Assembly (NCBI RefSeq): GCF_964204645.1
Contig: NC_134031.1
Coordinates: 4,030,001 to 4,094,000, forward strand
Length of the DNA stretch: 64,000 nt
Reading direction: 5' to 3'
From: Tubulanus polymorphus
Taxonomy: Eukaryota; Animalia; Nemertea
Shown: one piece after another, positions 21,753-32,483 of the stretch
Position numbering within the stretch: the stretch's first letter is position 1
How the letters are laid out: every line of letters begins with the position of its first letter
Position numbers and translations under genes: made by a program
Notes under the pieces: generated by a model
What the model was told of the DNA's origin: nothing
Seen by the model: only the letters and a program-made list of their open reading frames with translations
The model's database searches: none

Positions 21753-24700
21753 ATGAAACTTCTTTCCGTTCTGTTGACTATTTTTGGAGCAACTCACTTG
21801 TGTCGATGCGCAAGTTGGCTGAACATGTATGACGAAGAATTAGATTTTTCGTGCCCCGATGGCCAACACATTTACAGCATCGAAAGTCGACACGATAATG
21901 ATAAAGAGGACCGACAGTGGTCTTTGAAATGTCGTCCGGGATTCGTCTCAACAGGGAAGGATTGTTCACTATCAAAAAACTACATAAATGACTTTCGAGT
22001 AAAAATCGACCATAAATGTCCCGGAAACGCCATCCTTACTGGCTTGTACAGCATACACGATAACAATCAGGAAGACCGGAAATGGAAATTCCGCTGTTGT
22101 CAGGTACGAAACTAAATTTGATTCTATGTATGTTAGCTAGACCTGATTGCAGCGCAAGTTCAATCCGATAAGATAGTGAAGTTTAAACCGATTAAATCTT
22201 GAATTTAATCAAGTTGTACTCAAATTTTGTCTCGTCTTCTTATTTTCTCATATTCAGCTAGCAACCATTCCTTCGACTGCATGTAGGACGACAAACTTTA
22301 TCAGCGAAGGCGATGAACATTTCATTTCTGAAGTCGGACACGACGAGGCAATAGTCGGACTTTACAGCGATTATTTGAAAAACAACTGGTAAGTAGTGAT
22401 AAAATCTGCATAATGAATCACTAATAGACAACACATTTTATAACAAGATAAGACGAGAAGATACACAATATCCGTGTATGATGATAACGAGAGACATCCC
22501 ACAATAACGAAGCCAAGATTGAAAAATTCTATATCAGAATGATTATATTTGAGGAGCGACGCTTCGGCTAACAACTGTTAGCCATCAACAGGCGTACTGA
22601 GAACATAATACATTAACAGCATATTTATGCAAGAATTTGACAAATGATTAAAATTAAAGGATTAAGATTAGAGTAATTAAACAACAAGACCGGAACAAAG
22701 AAGGCAAACGACAAACTATAGGGGATGTAGTGCAAGATTAAAGTAATCTAAAAACAAAGCCCAGATGGTTCAAAGGCAGACAAACTAAAGGGTAATCAGA
22801 TAAAAAGAAAAGGCAAGAACATCAAAGGGATAATCAAGAGAGAGCCCGGGGGAGTGAGTGAGTGGAAGTGTCAAACGGAGGAAAACAAGCTAACGGGATT
22901 AGAATAATGGGGGTACAAGTGAAGCGAGAAATTTAGAGATCAAAATATTGTGAGGAGAAAAAACCGTTATTCAAATTAACGCATTTTATCCAAATTTTCA
23001 ATAATAAGGGCACATTCCATAATGTGACGTTTGGTTTTATCGGGACCGGGAAAAATTATAGCATTACCAAAATCAAAATTGTGACTAGTTTCATAAACTC
23101 GATTAGCTACTCCACTTTCGGATTGAAATTTTTGACGTCATTTTTATGTTCTCTGAGGCGCTTGTTCAAATCACACCCAGTTTCACCAATATATACTTTA
23201 TTACAGACTTTACAAGGGATTTTGTATACACCAATGTTCAAAGGTTCCGTTTTGCAGGAATTGTGAGTTAAGTTATGACTAAGTTTACTGTTGTAAGTGA
23301 AAACGAGCTGTTTGTTAAGGAGATGAAGGGGGGTTTTGATTTTTCCAAAAAAGGAACAAAAGGTACGACGATGGGCTGTTTCTGAGGGCGCGAAACTCGA
23401 GAATAACAAAAATGGGTGCGACGGGCTCGAAAAAGAGCTTTATTCAAAAGGATAAGGATAAGCTAACTTATAAAGGGAATTCCTGATCAGGGTGAGTTCA
23501 TCATCTAGAAAAAGGGGGTCGCAAATCCTAAAAGCACGAAGAAATAATCCTTGAGCAACACCAAGTTTTATGCTATAAGTATTAAAGGAAAAATAATGCA
23601 AGTAGGATCCAGAATGAGTGGGTTTCCTATAAACTGAGAATTTCAAACACGACAGATAATCATGAATGCACACGTCTAAAAATGGGATTTTTCCATCAAC
23701 TTCCAATTCAAATGAAGTTCAACGAGGGGTAAAAAGATTTAATGAATGAGAGAAATAAATCGCAAGGAATAAGCGCAAGAACGTTATCAACATATCGTAA
23801 CAAAAGCTTAGGGGGAGTGCTTAGTGTAGAGAGGTAATAATTCAGTTTCAACATGTTCGAGAAATGAATTTGCTAAAATGGGGCTAAGGGGTTCCCCATG
23901 GACATGCCAAAGACCAGTCCAAAAAATGAATTATTAAAACTGAAAAGGAGTTCTGAGTGCAAATTTCAATTAATTCAATGAAACCATCAGTAGGTATATC
24001 AAAATTGAAATCTAACGAGGGTAGTTTACGTTTGAGAAAATCGAAGGTAGGCGCGAGAGGGACATTGGTAAACAGAGAGCTAGCATCGAACGAGATGAAT
24101 TTATCATTACCAGGCATAATGTTTCGTAAACGTTCAAGTAAATCTTGGTTGTGCCGTAAGTGCGAGGGGGAAACGGAACCAAGAACCGGGGATAATTGTT
24201 TAGCCAGAAAAGAATAAGTGGGAGAGTTGCAGTTCGATACGATGGCACAGGGGAACATCTTGTTTGTGAATTTTAGGCAGCCCGTAAATATATGGGAGAG
24301 AGGGAAGGCGAGATTGGAATTTTAATAGAATGTCTTTAGAATCCGGGAAACGTTTGATAATATCGGAAAGATTCTTGTCGAATGTAGCTTGCATCTGATA
24401 AAGACTATTGGATTTTAATCGTTTGTACATTTTATAACACGGAGGATCTAACTTATTACCTAAAGGATTTATTCAACTTCAGGGATCGTCGATGGAAACT
24501 GCACATTTGTAAATTTACCACGTGTCAAGTTAAACATGCCGAGATTTTGGATCCGATTGTTCCGAAATTCGAGGGATTGAAATATGTTGGTTTAAATTTT
24601 GGTAATCGCTGCAGCACCGGAAGTACGATGTTAATGCTTGAAGATATTCACGGAGGCACAGAAACTACATCCATGTCTGATACCGTCACTGGCACTTGGT

Positions 24701-27700
24701 CCTTCGGAGGGTCACTCTCATGCGGAGCGTCATTGAAAGTCGGTGCTGGCGGTAATGATGGTCAGGTATCAGTTAGTACGACATTAACAACTAAATACAC
24801 GAGTACTAATACTGAAGTGAATATGAGATCAGTTGCAAAAACTACGACAAACAAAGCTAACAAAAAACTGGAAATAGTTGGACCAGGCGCGGGTTTGATT
24901 GTCGCTATGTCAAAGTTGTATCAATTTGATCGCAGCGATGTAAGAGTTGAGAATTTTATAGTATGTAAAGATGGCCGCCATTTCAATGAGACGAGAAAAG
25001 TCGCCTTGACTCATAAGGTTTTCGCCGTGACGCACTTTTCGACTGAAACTGCTTTTTACAACGAAGGGCAATGTCAGGAAGTAAATCCTTGCATGGAAAC
25101 CATCAGGAATTCGATCGATGCATTTAAACCGTACGATATAATTCGTAGATTCCAAAACTGTTTTATCAATGGTATCGGAAATACTTCGATGATTGATAAT
25201 CAGGATTTGGCAGGTGAAATTCCAATACTTCGTTCAAACAAACTGTTGAAACAAAGATCAATTGGCAGAATTAAATTTTCCGAATTAAATAAATGTTTTT
25301 ATTTACAGCAAAACAGGATGGGTTTGAAGGCTGCTTCAAGGATGATAAGCCTACGGATTTGACCGGTTACGCCTTTACGTCTGACAAAATGACAATTAAA
25401 ATGTGCATCAATAACTGTGGGATGAAAGGTAATGAATTAGAATTGTTATTCTAATATTCTAATATAACAGATAGTTTGGCTGTAATTTTTTTGGATTTTA
25501 ACTTGTCATTTCATCTTTTTCCCAAATCGAATCATCAAATTAATAAGGAAAAGGTTATGCTGGAATACAAAATGGAAGTCACTGTTATTGCGGTGATTCG
25601 TTCGGGACGTATGGAGAGCTACCAGAAAGTAGATGTTCGGTGCCATGCAGCGGACAGTCGGATAAGAATTGCGGAGGTATCATGAAGAACTCAATTTTCA
25701 AAGTAAAACGTTTTTACGTTGGTTGTTTCGTTGACAACGAAAACGGAGATTTGCCGCATGCTCAGAAGATCGCTCCTAATATGGATGTAGATATGTGTTT
25801 AAATCATTGTCGGGCGAATGGTAAATATCTGAATGTTCAGACATCTGAATAAATATCAGGCAACAAAACTCTGACAGTATTTACATGTCAGAAAATCTGT
25901 AAAACCTATTCCGTTTATTCTAGAAAATGAAAATTAGTTTTATTTCCAGGTTATAGATACGCGGGTTTACAGAAAGGAACGACGTGTAATTGCGGTCGTG
26001 GTTACGGGAAATACGGCATGAGATCTGATAATTGGTGTGAAATGAAGTGTGCAGGTGATGAGGGAGAAATGTGTGGTGGAAAGTCCACGAATTCAGTTTA
26101 CAGGACTCAGAAGAATTATATGGGTTGTTTTGAGAAAGGTAACCCATGCAGTATGTACTGCGGAAAGGATTGTTCCGTGGAGATAATGTATGTCGGCTGT
26201 TTGGAGGCTGATAAATGTAAAATGACTGTAAAGAAGCATGCCTCGGATATGAGTGTAGAGATGTGTTTAAAACATTGCTTCCTAAAAGGTAGGTATCATG
26301 ATACAGAATAACTCGGTTCGATAGTTCCAGGTGACATGTTTTAGGTTTAAAGCACTGGAAATGTACTTATTCTAACGTAGTTAGAATTCCAACCTGCAAC
26401 TGTAAAACTAGTTCCAAGGTTTTAAAGGTTAAAAGAAATGGTTCATGCGATGTTTACGTTTTACTTGTTTAGGATTCAAATATGCCGGTTTACAAGAAGG
26501 AACGACTTGCTTGTGTAGTTCTGATTGCGCAACGGACGATGCGAAATCGAATGCCGAGTGTAACGTTTCCTGTAATGGAAATCTGTACGAATCGTGTGGC
26601 GGAAAACAAACACACTCCGTTTACAAAATCTGGAAAGAATTAAATGAGAGAAATAGTAAATTTACCGAATATATGGGATGTTTTGCTGATAAAAAGGATA
26701 GGGATTTGTCTGCTTTGAGGATGGACAGTAAAGATAAAATGACCATAGAGAAATGTGTCGAATTTTGTCAGTCGAATGGTATGTCTATTAATTGTCGAAT
26801 AAACACTATAATCCTTGTAAACTGTAGATAAATGAAGAAATCCCACACTTCGAATTTGAAATTATACGATCAAATTTATTATAACGAAACCACAACGTTT
26901 CGGCTGTTGACTAACAGCCATCATCATTCCACCTGATGATGGCTGTTAGTAAACAGCCGAAACGTTGTTGTTTCGTAATAATAAATTTGATCGTATAATT
27001 TCAAATTCGAAGTGTGGGATTTCTTCATTTATGTCTATTAATGTTGCAATTTTGTAAAAAGAAAAAAAAAACATGTGAAATTGAATCCTGGTGCGCTGAT
27101 ATCCAAATACACTCTAGATGGTGTCAAAATGCTACGTTCTCTTCTTTTTCCAAGGTTACAGATACGCCGCAGTACAGTTTGGCTATGCGTGTTTCTGTGG
27201 CCAAAGCTTTGGGAGACACGGCAAAGCATCAAAATGTGACGTGAAATGTCCCGGTAACAAGGATCAAGTGTGTGGCGGGGCATCAATGAATTCGGTTTAC
27301 AAAATTTTGAATTACGTTGCAATAAATTATATTGGATGTTACAAAGATTTATATAGCAGAGACTTACTCGGTGCAGAAATCAACGATGGTCAGATGACTA
27401 TACTGACCTGTGCTGATACTTGTCGTTCAAAAGGTATAAGTTCCCTGTAGTTAAAATCTTCATAAAAGGTTATTAACGATGGCAAATCCCGTACGATTTT
27501 TGTGTTATTCTTTGTCCAGGTTACAAATATGCAGGTGTCCAGTTCAGCAAATATTGTTACTGCGGCAATAGTTATGGACACCACGGCAAGGCAAATAATG
27601 ATACTGAGTGTAATAGTCAGTGTGGAGGTAACAAAAATGAAATTTGTGGAGGCAGCTGGAGGAACTCTATTTACAAAGTAGGAATGGATTACTTCCCGTG

Positions 27701-28110
27701 TGCAACAGAAACGAAACCTTTAATACACGACAGCATGGCAATAGATCGGTGCATTGATTACTGCGTATTGATGAAAAAAGGTGAGTTTGATGATTAAAAT
27801 GGAATTAAAAATTGTTGAAATCATGGATAAATGAAATAGAAGTTACAATATTAACCTATTGCACGGTGAACACGAATTTACGAGATCGATTAATTTGACC
27901 CTAATTACCTGACATAAGATCTTTTGCTTTTTCCACGCAGGATTCAAGTACACATACTTATCCAATGGTAATGAATGTAGGTGCGGTTTGGCCAGTGGTC
28001 CTCTTCACGGTAGAAAGGTCTCTGACATGACTTGTTCTTCGACCTGCAAAGGCGAGAAAGAGGAATTTTGCGGAGCACCTAGCCTGATGTCCGCTTTTCA
28101 AATATCTTAA
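21753..28110 (+). CDS. Secreted DPT/HAAF + putative aerolysin-like domain + 6 WSC protein, copy A (986 aa)
   Basis: Coding exons 21753-22103, 22258-22388, 24483-25213, 25309-25428, 25548-25820, 25950-26288, 26473-26778, 27155-27433, 27520-27780, 27941-28110 = 2961 nt, open frame. Non-coding exon ends at 21503 (aag|gtaagg). Signal peptide [19 protein letters not shown]; WSC motif YxGCF..D...RDL...MT...C...C...GY.YAG.Q....C.CG...C...C.G.....CGG....SVY; AATAAA at 28145. Confidence 0.92.
22446..24430 (-). mobile_element. Decayed, 5'-truncated Penelope-like retroelement (RT + GIY-YIG) in an intron of copy A
   Basis: Frameshifted fragments [37 protein letters not shown] (YVDD mutated), [40 protein letters not shown]. 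Flanked by the 10-bp direct repeat TTTTATAACA (22436-22445, 24431-24440); empty site in copy B. Confidence 0.93.
22556..22594 (-). ncRNA. Degenerate minimal hammerhead ribozyme in the Penelope 3' terminal repeat
   Basis: Minus strand CUGUUGA-U-GGCUAAC(AGUU)GUUAGCC-GAAGCGUC; two core substitutions relative to CUGANGA/GAAA. Confidence 0.6.
26793..27042. mobile_element. 250-bp foldback insertion made of inverted hammerhead-bearing (Penelope pLTR-like) arms
   Basis: Near-perfect palindrome 26828-27032; 13-bp TSD TATGTCTATTAAT (26780-26792, 27030-27042); absent from the same intron of copy B. Confidence 0.88.
26929..26970 (+). ncRNA. Minimal type I hammerhead ribozyme
   Basis: CCAC-CUGAUGA-U-GGCUGUU(AGUA)AACAGCC-GAAACGUU-GUUG; palindromic AACGUU stem III. 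The mirror arm retains GUGG, which would pair perfectly with CCAC as stem I. Confidence 0.8.
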
Positions 28111-28490
28111 AAACTATTTGCCTTTAAATTTATACCTTCTATCGAATAAATATCTCAAGTTCAGAAATCACTAAGAAAATGAAGTTTTCAGTATGAAATC
28201 ACACTTGGTTGTGACCATCTCGAGGATCTCGCGACACAACATCAAATAAGGAGACTTTTGCAATCTACATTTCACGCATGCATTTTTTGCTCGCATCACT
28301 TCAGTTGCCGATTCTTATGATGCAGATTGTCAACCGTCAGACATCGCCATTAGATTATTAGAATGAACCTCTATCGGACCATTCAAAGTAATGTGTCAGT
28401 CCCGAATATCAACTCCTTTCAAAATATGTCAGTACTCTAGTCCCCATAAGTGCAGTGATTTGTATCTCAGTTCATATATACGTATATAGT

Positions 28491-29560
28491 ATCATCTGCA
28501 AAATGCCCTGGAATAAAGAAATAATAAAAAATTAGTACAATACAGCATCAGACTGTTTGCGAGTGGTCATTGTTCGTTCACGTTTAAAACTAATCGAAAA
28601 ATTGCAATCATTGTATTGAAGTATGCCCCAAAGTTTTTACTTGAGAAAGAAAAAAAAACATATTTAAGCCACAAAAAATGGAAGGTTTCGTGTTTACACT
28701 GAAATAACGATAAAGGCCAAAGACTCATTTTTCGTTAATTCAGCCTTTAGGTCCAGTGGCCTTTTAACAGTGCACATTCAGTAACAGCCTCTGCCTATGA
28801 AACACGTTCTATTGTTATGGTAAGCAATTTAGGAGATTTGAAAATGTACAAAATGTTTCAAATATCATATAAGGTTGTATTCATAAAATACATTAAACTT
28901 TGTTGTTTTAGGAAGGCATGAACGGGAATAACTCGCAGTAATATTTAATGTTCCTTAGCGTTGTAACTGGTTCAGTTGTGTGCCGTTTTTGTGTTTTATA
29001 TGTCCATTTACCTCGATAATTAGTTCAATTAACGTCTCAGCTCAATAGGTAAAATTATGGATTCAAAATTTGGAGACAATAGTGAACATTCTTAAGATCC
29101 CAGGATTTAGTCGAGAGTCCAATGTTTACGTGTTAGGGGACCAAGGCAACTCCAGGCTGTTACGGCTTGGGAAGCGAATCGGCTTCCGAGGTTGAATGTT
29201 GTGGCGTTGGTCACGAGGCATCCTCCCACGGCAGGGATTCGAACCTGATGGTATTGTCGTGCGACCGGGAGAGGGAAGCCCGAAATCGCTGTGGGAGTAT
29301 TCAGCAGTTGGTTTATCCATTTTGGTCTCGGGTTATAATTCAATTTGTGTCGTTGTGCGGAGCTGAGTAAGGATACGCTCTCCCACGATATTTCGGTTTC
29401 TTCTTCGGGCCGCATAACACTATTATTATGCCGAAATTACATATACATTTTAGAAATAATATCACCGTATCATTTTTATATATACCTATAAATATATTGA
29501 TACCTACCTACCATTGGAAGTTCTGTTCTGCAGTTTACCAGTTGGTGGTAGATAACGGCG
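28491..29560 (-). pseudogene. Truncated duplicate of the short-form gene (ATG exon and first codons of the next exon only)
   Basis: 29504-29560 matches 19141-19195 (ATG|gtagg exon). 28491-28620 matches 18912-19040 (acceptor ttattccag|GGCATTTTGCAG). Homology stops after about 6 codons at the duplication junction. Confidence 0.8.
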
Positions 29561-30556
29561 TCGCCTCATATACACGGAGTTTCTGTTCCATACACAAAGT
29601 ACTATTTGCCTGCCGGAACCCGAGCGGACTGGCCAGTTTTTCATTTTTTCAAGCATTTTGCATTCAAAGTCCGACAAAATCTCGCTTGGACCGAAAGAAC
29701 GATTTACATATTTCGCCGATATACGTATATCGCGGAAAAACACGCTTCAGCTTTTTGAAGAAAAAAATTTTTGAGTAAGCGCGGACAAACTGTGCATAAG
29801 TTGAGTACTGCAGAAGCGTCATCACAGTCTCGATCTCTAATCATCATCCACGTATAAAGTCTTTATTTACATTTTCTACGCAACTGAATAATGCTGCCTG
29901 CATCGAACGTTAGACATAACTTCGAATTAAAAATGTCTCATCGCTCTCACATATGGAAGGATATAAATGCAAACAACTTAACACCTGCCGATCGAAGATG
30001 AAAACGATAAATTTACCACCGGTTCCTATCGATTAACATCCTATCACCTGGGTTCATATTTCTAACTGCGCAATCTAGTTTTCTGACGCGATAAATTATT
30101 TGAAATTCTGCATATAAAATATGAAGAATAGATATGTAGAGGTAGTAATTAATTCACAGGTCTGCCCATAAGGCGCACGGTAGTAATGGACTGGATAGAA
30201 TTGATACATCGAAGCACCTAAGATTGGTTGCACCAGTTAACGAGGCCGTCGAAGGCTCGACTATTGGTCTTTTAGTGAAGATGAGAGTTTATGGGTGCCC
30301 CTTAGTTCACGCAAATTTATGTGATAAATTGGAGAATATGGTTCCGAAGATGGTTAGGGACATTGTGCATTGTTTTTCTCAATGCATAATGTCTCTAATC
30401 AGCCACCATAGAATAGGTTCCCCGCAACTTCACACCAATTTTCACGCAAACGTTTTCAGCTTTTTAAATTGAATCAAGAATTGAATTTGTTGTTATATCG
30501 ACACGAACCGTATGATAACTTTTACCGAGGCGTGACTGCAGTGATCCGATGTTAAT

Positions 30557-30791
30557 CTCAGTGTAGAGTTAACGAATAAAACCCACAGTTACTTCTATAA
30601 AAACAGTTTATTTTCCTTACAGTTTCGAGGTTCAAACTAAACCTCATCATCAGAGGAACAAAAAATACAGTAATGCATACTTTTATTGTATTTTTTGTTC
30701 CTCTGATGATGAGGTTTAATTCAACTTTCGAAACTGTAAACCAATAACTGTTTTTACAGAAGTAACTGTGGGTTTTATTTGTTTCACTGAG
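30557..30791. mobile_element. Second foldback element with inverted hammerhead-bearing arms
   Basis: Imperfect palindrome ctcagtg...cactgag centred near 30677; each arm carries CTGATGA-T-GAGGTT...GAAACTGTA. Confidence 0.85.
30613..30658 (-). ncRNA. Intact minimal type I hammerhead ribozyme
   Basis: Minus strand UUCCU-CUGAUGA-U-GAGGUU(UAGUUUG)AACCUC-GAAAC-U-GUA-AGGAA: 5-bp stem I, stem II, full core, GUA cleavage triplet, 2-bp stem III; AAUAAA immediately downstream. Confidence 0.85.
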
Positions 30792-32483
30792 GCCTTTTAC
30801 TGAGCCAGAGATGACGCTTGGCCGCGGCCCCTTCTTCATATTCCTCCCGCTATGGGTGTGAATCATGAACACCTAATCAAGTAAACACAAGTTCAGAAGA
30901 GCTGAGCGTAGCCTACTTTGATGTGTCACTTAAAGAAAAATGCAGGCTGCCCTTCCCCATCCCAAATGTGCTCCGATGCCTAGGAAAATAGGAAAATGGT
31001 ATTAGATAAAGCACAATGGTCTGACTGTTCTTCGTCGCTTGAAAAAAGCGAAACATAAACCCACCAAACCTGACGGGAACGAAACTAAATTCGCTTCGTA
31101 ACCATGCTGTTCGTCCATCAGTCTACTCTATCCAACTTTGGGCAACCGGCGCTTGGATATTATAGGAAGATAACAAGTTTCGGTCAACTCCGATAGAAAA
31201 TCGCTTTCGTTAACTCCATCAGTCTAGTTAATCATCGTTATAGATCATTTCAAATCAATAACGATGCTCAACATGAAATTTCAAGAGGCGTCAATCTATT
31301 GCTACCGTGACAATTCCAACTATAAACTTTCGCCGCTTTCACAGTTCCCCTTGTGTAGGCTACGTCGGGCTGTAGAGTTAATCAACTTCTGGGCCCCTGT
31401 TTTTCCAATTGGGGCTGTTTTACTAGTGAATCTGTTGTTCCATTGAGATTTTTGTTATAACAACAGCCTCACTGGGATACTAATATAATTCAATGAAATG
31501 ATACTATGACAATGAATATTCCTTTATTTCGATGGATATAAATTGTAAGCCAAGCTAAATATTCTAATCAATAAATAAATGATACGTATGATATTTCGCT
31601 CACCTGTTCGATCGCGAAAGCTCGAGTATCGCACGTGTGCATCTTAAAAACAGGTGAAAAAGAAATTATAACCATCGTGTTTCTCATTTTTTTCATAAAA
31701 CGCTCGTTAGTTTCTGTGTAAGGTGCGTTCGAGAGAGGAAAGACCAATCTATTCGACTTTAGGTCACAAAAGTCCACTAAGGTAAGATAATTTTAAGTCA
31801 TAGCGTAATTTTTCGTCATAGCGTATTTTAAGTTTTTTTTATTCGGGTTTTCTGTAGTTTGGTAGAAAACCCGATATTCTTATGATCCCCTTGATTATCA
31901 TATTTTCTTTTCTTTTTTGGACATTTTTTACCTCATTCTTTTTTACGTTAGGCCTACCGCTATTTCAGAAAGAATCAACAGCTTAAACTTGAGATCCCCG
32001 GTTGAGATCAATTAGATCTACAAATACTCTGATGGTATTTTGTCGAATAAACTTTATTAAAAAAACACTGTAGTAACGTTGGATGGTTCATCATTTGGTG
32101 AATCATGGCATGTTCTTGCCGTTATAGAAAGATGGAAGCACTTTATTTGGTTATTTGATTTCCAATAAGCAAAATTGGAAATTAGAGATGGCTTAGATAT
32201 GTATAGGTTCCTCCTAAAGTCTGTAGTGTATTGTAAATAGTGCATGTATTTGCATTTATAAATTGTAAATGGCCTTGTAATGTTCTTAAAATGTTTTTTT
32301 ATTTTCTCATTTTATATACGTTCATTCGTGGTAACTGCTCTCTGCTCGCTTATAAAACGTGTGATCGCTAATTTGTCACGAAAATCTAAAATTTGTAAAA
32401 TGTAATTTTCTATCTTTTCTTCCAAGTCGTTTCCATGCCTTAGGAGAAAATGATATGTATATACAAAATGTTACTTTTAGAAG

